From the NCBI GenBank assembly GCA_040220235.1, contig JAVJTO010000009.1: a stretch of DNA of 64,000 bases; one strand, 5' to 3'. Both the position numbers and the translations under genes were made by a program. The notes below the pieces were generated by a model. That model saw only the letters and a program-made list of their open reading frames with translations, did no database searches and was not told the origin of the DNA. Below, piece by piece: positions 41,102-52,500 of the stretch (its first letter is position 1; every line of letters begins with the position of its first letter). This DNA is from Coleofasciculus sp. B1-GNL1-01. Lineage in GTDB: Bacteria; Cyanobacteriota; Cyanobacteriia; Cyanobacteriales; Coleofasciculaceae.

Positions 41102-41661
41102 GGGTGATGAATCTCCTGATTCGGATAGAGTCGATAGCGATACGTAAGAGGGTGGGTATAATTAACCCCAAGAAGTTACGTTGTGTAAAGCAACATTGCC
41201 GCTGATTTGGGTAAGAATGGCTGATGTTTTTACATTCCTTAATATATTTAACCTAAATGCACACCGTTTGTTTGCCAGGGACAGAACGACCAATGCACAA
41301 TTCCTACCCAGCGCTACAGAGCAATTTGTTTACAAAAATTAACTTGAAAAGTCGAGTCACACTACCTAGTTATGCACTCCTTATTTAGCATGGTCTTACA
41401 CCAATAAAGAAGGGTTCTGGCACAAGTTCATCAACTCTTTAACAAAAACCCGGAAAAACTTCACGGAAACTTTATGAACAAATTTGTCAAAATTTGATAT
41501 GTATCCAGCAAACCGACAAAATAATCTTAAAGACAAAGAGGTATCCCATACCTGGAAACTGGAGACGCCTTTCGAGTCTAAACAGAACAGATAAGAAAAG
41601 CTGAGGCGAAACAACTGCACGGTTATCAACGATAATTTGTGATTATTGAGAGTTTAAACAA

Positions 41662-42609
41662 ATGTTGCCAAAATTTTTGAAAGAGGTTGTCCTGCTGGGC
41701 TTGTTCACCACCCTCGTAAGTTGTGGTTCTACCGAAGAGGACAGCTTATCACAAACGCCAACATCGACGCCAACCCCTCAATCCACCGCGACTGGAACCC
41801 TTGTCCTTGCCGACGTTAACAAAAATGCCGCTGCCAAGCTAGAGAATTTCCAGCCCATGGCGGATTACCTAGCCGCCCGCTTAGAAAAATTTGACATTGG
41901 TGTGGGTGAGGTGAAAGTTGCCCCCGACTTAGATACAATGGCAAGCTTGCTCAAAGAAGGCAAAGTCGATATCTATGTGGACAGTCCCTACCCCGCCATG
42001 ATAGTAAGTGATAAATCGGGAGCCGAACCCATTCTGCGCCGCTGGAAGGATGGCAAGGGTGAATATTATGGGGTGATCTTTACCTTGGCAGAAAGCGAGA
42101 TTGACTCCTTAGCGGATCTCAAGGGAAAAATGCTCGCCTTTGAGGAACCCGTCTCCACCTCCGGCTATTTTTTACCCCTGAATACCCTGCTGGACGCCGA
42201 TTTGAAGATGGTCGAAAAAGGCTCACAAAATGAAGCCGTCGCCGCCGATGAGGTGGGATATGTTTACAGTAATGATGATGAAAATACGATCCAATGGGTA
42301 CTCAGTGGCGAAGTCGCAGCAGGCGCGGCGGATTACTCATTCCTAGAAGAAATCCCCGAAGAAAGCCGCCAAGCGCTGAAAATTCTGGCTGAAACCCAGA
42401 AAATCGCTCGTCATCTGGTGATTGTCAGACCCGGTATGGACCCGGAATTGGTACAACAGATTAAGACGGTGTTAATGGAAATGGATCAGACACCTGAAGG
42501 GAAAGAGGTACTCACCACCTTTGAGGAAACCGCCAAGTTTGACGAGTTTCCCGTTGAAACCAGTCTCGATAAAATGCGCCAGTTGTATGAACAGGTGGAG
42601 AAAAAATAA
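41662..42609 (+). CDS. PhnD/PtxB-like phosphate/phosphite/phosphonate-binding lipoprotein
   Basis: Lipobox LVSC; SLADLKGK.LAF...STSGYFLP. Confidence 0.85.
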   Translation: MLPKFLKEVVLLGLFTTLVSCGSTEEDSLSQTPTSTPTPQSTATGTLVLADVNKNAAAKLENFQPMADYLAARLEKFDIGVGEVKVAPDLDTMASLLKEGKVDIYVDSPYPAMIVSDKSGAEPILRRWKDGKGEYYGVIFTLAESEIDSLADLKGKMLAFEEPVSTSGYFLPLNTLLDADLKMVEKGSQNEAVAADEVGYVYSNDDENTIQWVLSGEVAAGAADYSFLEEIPEESRQALKILAETQKIARHLVIVRPGMDPELVQQIKTVLMEMDQTPEGKEVLTTFEETAKFDEFPVETSLDKMRQLYEQVEKK

Positions 42610-42644
42610 AGTGCAGATGCTCTGGTAAATAATAAGTTGCCCAG

Positions 42645-44702
42645 ATGGACCAGCCAGGAAGCAACCGTTATCGAAATAAGGGGAGGAAGATAAGTGGAAT
42701 GGCTAGATTCAACCCAAAAAAAGGTTCACTAGCCACCAAAATAACGTTGGCGATGACCACGTTAGTGATTGTGGCGGTCGCCTGCGTTACCATGCTATCC
42801 CTACACCGTCAGCAAGAAACCTTTCGCGATGAATTAGAACAGCAGGCTGACCTATTGCTGGATACCTTAGTCGTCGCCACCCAAGATTCGCTCTACTTTC
42901 TCGATGTGTCTTATATGAAGGAACTCATGGAAGAGTTGGGCAAGGATCAGGTATTAGTGGCAGGTCAGATTTATGACAAAGATGGACGGGTGCTAGCAGA
43001 TGCCTATAGCCGCAATGTTTTAGCGTATGGAGTCAAACCTGATCCCTTAGGTCAAGAACTGGTGGAAAGTAACGAAACAGTGTTTAAATGGCAGTCTGAC
43101 CAACTCCTTGCGGGTAAAGCCGTCGTTTTGGGGCGTCAGCGGCTTGGGGCAGTTAGTGTCGGGCTTTCCACAGCCCCGCTGAAGGCAAAGATGGCGGCGG
43201 TACGAAATGAAGGGATTGCCATGGGACTGGCAGCGGCGATGGTGGGTACGCTGGTAGCACTACTGCTGAGCCGTTCCATTACCGAACCCTTAAAGCAGAT
43301 GACCGCCGCCACCCAACATCTGGCAAAAGGGGATCTGAGTCAGAAGATTGCGATTGACAGCAGTGACGAATTGGCAGTTTTAGCGAGTGCCTTTAACAGC
43401 ATGACCGACCAACTGCGAAACCTAATCGAAAGTTTGGAACAGCAGACTGAAGATTTGCGACACAGTGAAGCCAAAAATCGTGCCTTGTTACATGCAATTC
43501 CCGATTTAATGTTTCGGTTTAGCCAAGATGGAATCTTTCTGGATTTTAAAGCACCAAGAGGAGACTCCTACCTACAATCATCTGAAACCTGGGTTGGTCA
43601 ACCTGTCTCTGAGGTTTTACCGACAGAGGTGGCGACATTATGCTTAGAGTATGTCGAGCGAACGTTAAAGACTCAAGATATCCAAATTTTTGAGTATGAG
43701 TTGTTTGTGGAGGAACAGCGCCGAAATTTTGAAGCCCGCTTGGTGGTCAGTGGTGAACAAGAAGTTTTAGCGATTGTTCGGGATATTACAGACGCAAAAT
43801 TAGCCCAAGTTGAATTGCAACAGGCAAAAGAAGAAGCAGAAGCGGCTAATCGAGCGAAGAGTGCCTTTCTTGCTAGTATGAGTCATGAATTAAGAACCCC
43901 CCTGAATGGTATCCTCGGCTTAAGTGAGTTACTCCGGGAGGATGCCGAGGATTTAGGGTATACCGATTTTGTCCCGGATCTCCAGCAGATTTACGACTCT
44001 GGACTCCATCTTTTGAATCTGATTACCGATATTCTGGACATTTCTAAAATTGAAGCCGGGAAGATGAGCCTCTATCTGGAAAGCTTCGATATCTCGACTT
44101 TAATTGTTGAAGTTCAGAAGACGGTACAACCCCTAATCAAGAAAAAGACGAATACCCTAGAGGTTCATGGCGCGGCGTCCCTTGGCACAATGTATGCTGA
44201 CCGAACTAAGGTTAAGCAGTTGCTATTAAACCTAATTAGCAACTCCGCCAAATTCACGGAGAATGGCACGATTGTACTGAGTGTTACTCGTGAAAGTGAA
44301 AATGAGGGAAATGGTAACTCGAAACGGGACGCTAAAATGCTACTGGTGAATGGGGAATTGTCTGTGGTTTCATCGGCAACCCTCGATAGTGCTTCAATGC
44401 CTGATGCTGGGCATGACGACCCAACCTCGGATCGGGTTATTTTTTCGGTCTCCGATACGGGTATCGGTATGAGTCCAGAACAGGCAGCCAAGATATTTCA
44501 GCCGTTTGTCCAAGCGGATAATTCGACTACGAAAAAGTACGGGGGTACGGGTCTAGGATTGGCGATTTGCCAACGTTTCTGTGAGATGATGGGCGGTAAT
44601 ATTCAGGTGGAAAGTGAGGTTGGTGTTGGCTCAACGTTTAGTTTTTACCTACCAGCTAAAGTCAAAGATCCGAAGCCGGAAAAAGTCTCTTCATCACGTT
44701 AA
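42645..44702 (+). CDS. Membrane sensor histidine kinase (2 TM, HAMP, PAS, HisKA, HATPase)
   Basis: [52 protein letters not shown]. Start may be ATG 42699. Confidence 0.95.
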   Translation: MDQPGSNRYRNKGRKISGMARFNPKKGSLATKITLAMTTLVIVAVACVTMLSLHRQQETFRDELEQQADLLLDTLVVATQDSLYFLDVSYMKELMEELGKDQVLVAGQIYDKDGRVLADAYSRNVLAYGVKPDPLGQELVESNETVFKWQSDQLLAGKAVVLGRQRLGAVSVGLSTAPLKAKMAAVRNEGIAMGLAAAMVGTLVALLLSRSITEPLKQMTAATQHLAKGDLSQKIAIDSSDELAVLASAFNSMTDQLRNLIESLEQQTEDLRHSEAKNRALLHAIPDLMFRFSQDGIFLDFKAPRGDSYLQSSETWVGQPVSEVLPTEVATLCLEYVERTLKTQDIQIFEYELFVEEQRRNFEARLVVSGEQEVLAIVRDITDAKLAQVELQQAKEEAEAANRAKSAFLASMSHELRTPLNGILGLSELLREDAEDLGYTDFVPDLQQIYDSGLHLLNLITDILDISKIEAGKMSLYLESFDISTLIVEVQKTVQPLIKKKTNTLEVHGAASLGTMYADRTKVKQLLLNLISNSAKFTENGTIVLSVTRESENEGNGNSKRDAKMLLVNGELSVVSSATLDSASMPDAGHDDPTSDRVIFSVSDTGIGMSPEQAAKIFQPFVQADNSTTKKYGGTGLGLAICQRFCEMMGGNIQVESEVGVGSTFSFYLPAKVKDPKPEKVSSSR

Positions 44703-44738
44703 TTCGGTGGATAAAATTACAGTTAACGACGGGGATTG

Positions 44739-44786
44739 TCATTGGTCATTGGTCATTGGTCATTGGTCATTTGTTATTTGTCATTT
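44739..44786. repeat. Heptamer STRR (GTCATT[G/T])n
   Basis: GTCATTG repeated, then GTCATTT; similar STRRs at 38533-38560, 38779-38815, 48761-48790 and 55584-55636. Confidence 0.85.
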
Positions 44787-44964
44787 GTGGACAAACACTG
44801 TAGGGGCGACCCGCTGCACAAATGAACACGACCCACCTATTAATTTTATCGGGTCGCCCTGCATCAGGTATCGGGAATTATCCTGTATCCGGTATCAGGA
44901 ATTAGTTGAACTTGTTCCCTGTTCCCTGTTCCCTATCCTCACCACAACACGTATTCAGCAACCC

Positions 44965-45783
44965 CTAAGTAATTAATCCAGAACGGAGTGCATGAACAGC
45001 GGCTTGGGTGCGGTCATCAACGCAGAGCTTATTCAAGATATTGCGGACATGGGTTTTGACAGTGCCTACCGTAATATAAAGCTTATCCGCGATCGCGGCA
45101 TTACTTGCTCCTGCCACAATTAGCTCAAGCACCTCTAATTCCCGTTCGGTTAAGGGGTAGGCTTCGATGACTTGTTCGTACTCTGGACCTACCGCATCAA
45201 TCTTGACGGTTCGATCTTGATTCGCCGCCATTTCAGAGGATGGCTCTCGTTTTACCTGTCGTAAAACAATACTGGCAATCGCTGGATCAATCCAGGCGTT
45301 CCCTTCCTGGGTTACTTCTAACGCCTCGACAAGCTGTTCAATTTCAATATCCTTCATGCAATAGGAATCGGCTCCAGCCGCAAAAGCCGCTAGTACCGAA
45401 TCTTCACTATCATGCATGGTTAAGATGAGAACCCTTGTTTCTGGCTCCTGGGTATCTGTATGGCTACTCTTGAACTTGCGAGTCAAATCAATGCCATCCA
45501 TATCCGGTAAACCGATATCCACAATAGCGACATCGGGTTTTAGGCTTTCCAGCAGCTTTAATCCTTGAGTCGCATTCGCCGCTTCTCCGACGACTTCAAT
45601 TCCATCCTGTTCTTGTAAAGCGGCTTGTAAACCCATCCGCGTAAGGTTATGGTCTTCAATCAGGACGACACGCATAGGACTCACCATCAATGTTTCAGAA
45701 CTCAAATTCGTTTTATCTTGGTCATTGAGAGATGTAGGACTGTTTGACTCCTTCTCTCGGATTTGGGGAATTTTCATATTCAA
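44965..45783 (-). CDS. NarL/LuxR response regulator, OrrA-like
   Basis: IEDHNLTRMGL, DIGLPDMDG, LTERELEVL...GTVKTHVRNILNKL. Divergent from hybrid kinases, as I recall for Anabaena orrA; orthology not verified. Confidence 0.9.
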   Translation of the reverse strand: MNMKIPQIREKESNSPTSLNDQDKTNLSSETLMVSPMRVVLIEDHNLTRMGLQAALQEQDGIEVVGEAANATQGLKLLESLKPDVAIVDIGLPDMDGIDLTRKFKSSHTDTQEPETRVLILTMHDSEDSVLAAFAAGADSYCMKDIEIEQLVEALEVTQEGNAWIDPAIASIVLRQVKREPSSEMAANQDRTVKIDAVGPEYEQVIEAYPLTERELEVLELIVAGASNAAIADKLYITVGTVKTHVRNILNKLCVDDRTQAAVHALRSGLIT

Positions 45784-46315
45784 TAATCAGCCTAACCTAA
45801 TCCATGCTTAGATTTAATCACTATGAAGTGATTCTTCGTTTCCGATCGCGCTGATACCCTGGAGTCAGGTCAGACAAGGATAACGCTTGCAATAGCATCC
45901 TTAAGCCTAAAAAGTCAAGTATTGCTATCGGCATCGATTACTCTTCCCTCGCTAGTGCGACGCGGCAATAAAGATAATCAACACTATGGCAGATCCGTGG
46001 CAGATGTACATCTATCAATAGTATCAAGCCGTTTCAGTTGAGCCAAAAATTGGGCAGCCAAGAGACTTTCCAGTGATTATGCCTATGGACTGAGACGAAA
46101 ACCATAGCCATCAGCATACAATCTAAGACAAAGGTTGGACTATCTTCAATGCCAGCTTAAGCAAACTCACGTCCCAGAACAAGCTGCAACCTTTACTAAT
46201 TCAGTGGTGCGTTAGGGCAATAGCATTGGCGCACCCGTTGCCATTCTATCTGGGACACAACAGTTAGCTTAATGCTGACGTTGGTGATGAAGAAATCCTT
46301 CAATTCTGCTCGTTG

Positions 46316-47560
46316 ATGAAAGAAATGCTCAATATTCTGCTCGTTGATGATGAGGACATCGATCGCTTAGCTGTGCGTCAGGCTCTGGATGCCACGGGCT
46401 TGTCAATCAATTATGTTGAAGCCTGTGACTATAATAGCGCGATCGCTCTCATTAACCGTGAGACATTTGACTGTGTCTTTCTGGATTACTGCCTCCCCGA
46501 CAAAGATGGATTAAGCCTGGTGCAGGATTTGCGAAAGGCTGGCGTCAAGATCCCCTTGGTGGTAATCACTGCTCACGGTAATGAGCAAGTCGCCGTGGCG
46601 CTGATGAAAGCTGGGGCGTCAGACTACCTGTCTCAGGATAAGGTTTCACCGACAAGTTTAGGACGGATTTTGCAAAACGCGATTCGCATCTACCAAGCGG
46701 AACAGCAGGTGGCACTGGCTCATCAGCAGTTGCGCCAGACGAATGAACAGCTAGTCCGGCAGAATCAAGAATTAGCCCAACAACGGCAACAAATTCAACG
46801 TCAAAATTTAAAATTAAAAGAACTCTCTACACTTAAATCGCAGTTTTTAGCCACGACATCCCATGAATTGCGGACGCCGATGAATGTGATCATCGGTTTT
46901 GCTCAAATGCTCCTACTCCAACGCCATGGATCACTGACATCATCACAATTAAAGATGGTTCAATGTATCTTAAAAAATGGCAAAGATCTGTTATCCCTCT
47001 TAAGTGAAGTCTTAGATTTTGCTCAAATTGAAGCCGGAGCATTGGAACTCAATGCTGAAGAATTTAATATCGATCAAGTGGTCAATTCCACTGTTAATGA
47101 TGTTCGTCCCTTGGCATTGCAGAAAGGGTTAGACTTATCGATAAAAATCCAACTTAAAAATCCTTTAGTTATCAACGATCGCTCTCGTTTGCACAAGGTC
47201 TTAAAACACCTGCTCATGAATGCGGTGAAATTTACCAAATCAGGGTCGATCTGGGTCAATGTATACGAGGTTGAATCGCAACGACTGGTCATTGATGTTG
47301 AGGATACGGGAATTGGTCTGTCTCAAGCCGAATTAGACTATATTTTTGAAGCCTTCCGCCAAGTTGATCAGACCATAGCCCGCCAATACCCCGGTACAGG
47401 GCTAGGATTAGCAATGACTAAATCCTTGGTTCAATTGATGCAGGGTAAGATTACGGTAGAAAGTCAAGTGGGAGAAGGGTCTATTTTTCGCGTCGAATTG
47501 CCGCGTTATATTTCTTGTTTGGGGAAGTTGACAGAAATTAAAGTACCTGCTTATAATTAA
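46316..47560 (+). CDS. Hybrid REC-histidine kinase
   Basis: N-terminal REC (VDD, FLDY.LP), coiled coil, SHELRTPMN, DTGIG, GTGLGL. Confidence 0.93.
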   Translation: MKEMLNILLVDDEDIDRLAVRQALDATGLSINYVEACDYNSAIALINRETFDCVFLDYCLPDKDGLSLVQDLRKAGVKIPLVVITAHGNEQVAVALMKAGASDYLSQDKVSPTSLGRILQNAIRIYQAEQQVALAHQQLRQTNEQLVRQNQELAQQRQQIQRQNLKLKELSTLKSQFLATTSHELRTPMNVIIGFAQMLLLQRHGSLTSSQLKMVQCILKNGKDLLSLLSEVLDFAQIEAGALELNAEEFNIDQVVNSTVNDVRPLALQKGLDLSIKIQLKNPLVINDRSRLHKVLKHLLMNAVKFTKSGSIWVNVYEVESQRLVIDVEDTGIGLSQAELDYIFEAFRQVDQTIARQYPGTGLGLAMTKSLVQLMQGKITVESQVGEGSIFRVELPRYISCLGKLTEIKVPAYN

Positions 47561-47613
47561 ATCTTTTAAAATGTTTGGAGTTACGATGCTTTTCAAGTAT
47601 AAATAGATGAAAA

Positions 47614-48750
47614 ATGAATCTACCTGAGCCAAAAATAGAGCGAATTCTGGCAGTTGATGATGCGCCAGACAATTTATTCCTAATGCAAACCATCTTAGAA
47701 ACTGAAGGATATGAACTCAGTTTAGTTGAAGATGGATATTCCGCATTAGCAATCGTTGAAAAATCACCTCCTGATTTAATCTTGCTGGATGTAATGATGC
47801 CACAAATGGATGGTTATGAGGTGACTCGGCGAATTCGTCAAAATAGCAGTTTGCCTTTTATCCCAATTTTGCTGATCACCGCTTATGAACAGTCGAGTGC
47901 GATTGAAGGACTCGATGCGGGGGCGGATGATTTTATTCGCAAACCTGTGGATGTGGGCGAGTTATTAGCGCGAGTGCGATCGCTACTGCGACTTAAGCAT
48001 AGTATTGATGAACAAGTGCGACTGGCGCGTCAGCGAGAGGATTTCGTCTCTCGTCTCACCCATGATTTGCGAACCCCCTTAGTCGCCGCTGATCGGATGC
48101 TGAGTTTATTGAAACGGGGAAGCTTTGGACAGCTTCCTGATTCAGCCGTGGAAGCCGTCGTTTCTATCCAGCAAAGCAACCAACATTTAGTCCAGATGGT
48201 GAATACGGTGTTGGAAGTTTATCGCCACGATGCTGGGTCTAAAGAGTTAACGTTTGTTTCGATAAATCCTCAGGAAATGATTAAGGAAGTCGTTCAAGAA
48301 CTGACTCCCTTAGCCCAGGAAAAGGGATTAGCGTTAAAGCTGAATGTAGGAGAGTGCGCTAATTCATTTAATTCAGACGATTGTCTGGTGATGGGCGATC
48401 GCCTTGAACTCCGCCGCGTATTCACTAATCTAATTGGCAATGCGGTCAAGTTTACGGAAAAGGGCTCGGTCGATATTAATTTAGGTTTAGAATCGGATTC
48501 CACAAACTCGGCAGATGGTCAACCCCCTTTAGTGATAATTTCCATTCAAGATACGGGATCAGGTATTCGTCCAGAAGATCTTGCCACTCTTTTCCAGCGA
48601 TTTCGCCAAGGAAAGCATAAGCGATCGGGGAGTGGTTTGGGATTATACTTGTCTCGTCGGATCGTAGAAGCTCATCAGGGTAGGATTGAAGTCGAGAGTG
48701 AGTTGGGCAAAGGTAGTTTATTTACGGTTTATTTGCCCGCACAAACGTGA
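47614..48750 (+). CDS. Hybrid REC-histidine kinase
   Basis: REC (VDD, LDVMMP, KP), THDLRTPL, NLIGNAVKFT, GSGLGL. Confidence 0.95.
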   Translation: MNLPEPKIERILAVDDAPDNLFLMQTILETEGYELSLVEDGYSALAIVEKSPPDLILLDVMMPQMDGYEVTRRIRQNSSLPFIPILLITAYEQSSAIEGLDAGADDFIRKPVDVGELLARVRSLLRLKHSIDEQVRLARQREDFVSRLTHDLRTPLVAADRMLSLLKRGSFGQLPDSAVEAVVSIQQSNQHLVQMVNTVLEVYRHDAGSKELTFVSINPQEMIKEVVQELTPLAQEKGLALKLNVGECANSFNSDDCLVMGDRLELRRVFTNLIGNAVKFTEKGSVDINLGLESDSTNSADGQPPLVIISIQDTGSGIRPEDLATLFQRFRQGKHKRSGSGLGLYLSRRIVEAHQGRIEVESELGKGSLFTVYLPAQT

Positions 48751-48865
48751 CGAGAACAGGGAGCTGGGGAAGCTGGGGAAGCTGGGGAAGATAAGCTAAG
48801 GCGCATTTAAATTGTGTAGTGTATTCCCTGTTGCCTGTTACCTATTGCCTTCCTTGGGATTTAGG

Positions 48866-49094
48866 TAAGCTGTTCGGCATTTAAACCTTAATGTCAATAA
48901 TGACGAAATCCTTGTAGTGCGTTTAGCGAAGCCATGCCGCAGGCTTTGCATCTTGCTCGCTACTATAGCAGTACGCTCTCGCGTAGTTACAGTACAAATG
49001 TTCTAAGAAACTCCTGATAAAGCCTCCATTTCTAATGTGTAAATTACACCAGCGCGTAGGGATACTAATACCCAATTTAAATGCATGACGCTTA
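48866..49094. mobile_element. MITE-like element (38662 family) with two internal insertions
   Basis: Same ends and core as 52944-53046, plus extra segments at ~48925-48946 and ~48965-49066. Confidence 0.75.
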
Positions 49095-49589
49095 TCCCAA
49101 TCTAAATGCTGGACAGCTCAGCAGAAGGCAGTAGAGTTCTCATGGGTAGGTGGTCATTTCCGCGATCACGAAAATCATAACCTTTAGGGTAACAACTATT
49201 TTTTATCTCCGTGTAATACAGCCGAAGAGTGCTAAAACAGGGCTTTTTCATGGCAACTGTATGACACCGTATGGGTAAATTTTGCCATTTTCCCAGAATT
49301 GTGCGGAAATCGGTCAATGAGTCCTGTATTTTCTTTACAGGAAGAATTATTTTCATCCCAACCCATTAGAGATACTATAGGATTCCTATAGAAAAATCAA
49401 TCGAGGAGTCCCAACTTGGCATTTGTCTAGGAAGACAGAGATTTATCCACTTTAGCGATACTTTAGGGATACTTAAGTTTTTGGTACAAAAGGAAGTAGC
49501 TTTTCGCTTTGATGATGCAACGCTAGAAAACCTGATTAGTCAAATCGACGAGTTTATACAGTATTATCCATGTAGGTGATCCTTGCCCC

Positions 49590-52500
49590 ATGTTACTGCC
49601 AACCATTACCCGTCAGCTTGTCAAAGGCGCTAAACGCAGTCAAAAGATGCCATTGCGCGTGGTTCTGGTGGTTCCCTTTCTTCTCCAGATCTTTGTGGCG
49701 GTAGGGTTGACTGGATATCTCTCCTTTCGCAATGGACAGCAGGCGGTTGACAATCTGGTTATGCAGTTACAGACCGAGGTTAGCGATCGCATTGTACAAC
49801 ATGTCGATAGTTACCTGGAAACGCCTCATCTGGTCAACCATGTTCTTGCCAATGCCGTGCGTCGGGGTCAGGTGCAGACTCAGGATCAGCCCAGTGAGCG
49901 CTATCTGTTGCAACTCGTACAGATTACCCACTCTATTAATACCATTCAGTTCGGCAGTGAGCAAGGAGAGTATATTGGCGCAGGCTATACCGAGGATAGC
50001 CGCTTAGTGCTGAAAGTTGCCGATAAATCAACCAACTATAACTTTCATACCTACAAACCTGACAATCAAGGAAATCGGAAGCAACTGTTAGATAGTCGCA
50101 CCAATTATGACCCTCGTATCCGTCCCTGGTATCAAGAGGCTACTTTTCAAGGTGCAACGGTTTGGAGTCCTATTTATGTCATGTTTAGCCATTCTCGGTT
50201 AGGAATTACCCTAGCTGAACCCGTATTTGACGACAAGGATAAATTATTAGGAGTCGTTGGTACTGATATTTTACTATCTGAGATTAGTAAATTTCTCAAC
50301 AACTTAAGAATTGGTCAAACGGGACAAGCGTTTATTATTGAACCATCAGGATTACTGGTTGCTAGTTCCACATCAGAACAGCGATTTATTCAGGATGGCG
50401 ATAAAACTCAGCGCCTATTTGCTACTCATAGCCGTGATCCCTTAATTCAATTAACCGCGCAGTATTTAAACCAAAACGTTGATACCTTAAACCAGATTAA
50501 TCAAAGCCAACAGCTATCCTTTAACCTAAACCGCGATCGCTATTATTTACAAGTCACTCCTTTCCAGGATCATCGGGGCTTAGAGTGGTTGATTGTGGTG
50601 GCGGTACCAGAAGCGGATTTCATGGAACAAATCCATGCCAATACCCGCACCACGATTAGCTTATGCTTCGCGGCGTTTGTTGTGGCAACTGGGTTAGGAA
50701 TCTTCACCGCCAGATGGATTACCCAGCCGATTACCCAGTTAAGCATAGCGGCGGCGAAAATTGCCCAGGGCAAATTTAATCAACAGGTAAAAGTCAAGAG
50801 TAAAATACCAGTTCGGGTGCATGAACTTGAAATTTTAGCTCAATCCTTTAATCAAATGAGTCAACAGTTATACTCATTTTTTACCGTCCTAGAAAACAAT
50901 CAAGCCGAGTTAGAGTCACGAGTTGAGCAACGCACCGCCGCCCTACGCCTGTCTGAAGAAAAGTTTGCTCTGGCTTTTCGCTCATCCCCGAACCCAATTA
51001 CGATTACTACTCTAGCAGAGGGAACGTTTATTGAGGTAAATGAAAGCTTTCTCAAGATTACCGGGTATGACCTAGAGGATGTGATTGCTCATACCTCCAT
51101 TGAACTCAATTTTTGGGTTGAACCCCAAGAACGAAGCCGAATCCGTAGCTTATTACAAAAGACAGGTGCTATTCGGGATCAAGAGTTTCATTTTTATACC
51201 AAATCGGGTCAAGTGAGAACGGGATTATTATCCGCAGAATTAATTACCATTGGCGAAGAAGAATGCATACTGGCGGTAATTAATGATATCACCGAACGCA
51301 AACAAGCTGAACAACGAGTTGAGTTACTGCTGACCATTAGCCAAGCGATTAATGCCGCCCCCGATTTTCAAGCTGCCTTAGAAATTGCCCTGCATCAAGT
51401 GTGTCAAACTACGGGCTGGATTTATGGCGAAGTTTGGATTCCGGCGACAGACGGGATGGCATTAGAATGTAGCCATCGTTGGTATTACAAACAGACCGGA
51501 CTTGATCCAGAGGTTATCACCGCCCTAGAACAATTCCGAGAGTATAGTGAAGCCCTAACATTTTTACCCGAAGAAGAAATACCGGGACGGGTTTGGTGTC
51601 ATGGTGAACCAGAATGGATTAGTGATATTGCCACTGAATCCGATGATGTTTTCTTGCGACTCAAATTGGCAACCGACTGTGGGTTAAAATCAGCCTTTGC
51701 TGTACCCATTGTTGCACCAGCAAAACCTCAAATCGCTGCCCCAGTTTTAGCGGTGTTGGTGTTTTTTATGGCAGAAGAACACCAAAATGATGAAAATTGG
51801 ATTGAGTTGGTGTCTGTCGTGTCGGCGCAGTTGGGTCCAGTGATGCAGCAGAAGAAAGCCGAAGCAGAAATGAAGGCACTTTTTGCCGCGATGACGGATA
51901 TGGTTCTGGTGGTGGATGCATCGGGTCGTTGTCTGAAGGTAGCACCTACGAATAAAGGAAAATGGTGTAAATCTCCGGGGGACATCTTGGGAACAACGCT
52001 GTTGGAATATTTCGATTCCAGTCAGGTAGATTTTATTCTCAATAGTATTCGAGAGGCGTTGTTAACTCAAGCGACGGTAAATATCGAGTATTGCATCAAT
52101 CTTGCAGGAGAGGATATTTGGTTTGCGGCGAATTTGTCACCACTTTCCGATGATTCGGTGATTTGGGTAGCGCGTGATATTACCGATCGCAAACAGGCAG
52201 AGGTGGCATTACGGTTAGAACAAGAAAAATCGGAACAATTATTACTGAATATTTTGCCTGAACTAATTGCGGAACGGCTGAAACAAGACCAATCAGCGAT
52301 TGCGGAGAATTTTGATGATGTGACAATTCTATTTGCCGATATTGTCGGGTTTACACCGTTATCGGCGCGGTTAAAACCGATTGAATTAGTGAATTTACTC
52401 AATCAGATGTTTTCCACATTTGACCAGTTGGCAGAACGTCATGGTTTGGAGAAAATTAAAACCATTGGTGATGCGTATATGGTGGTTGGCGGATTACCCC

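Noticed and set aside
41225..41500. Pho boxes between the choice-of-anchor I gene and the PhnD-like gene
   Set aside because: The TTA(A/C) repeats at 41230/41239/41248 are 9 bp apart, not the 11-bp period expected for SphR boxes; other candidates are too degenerate
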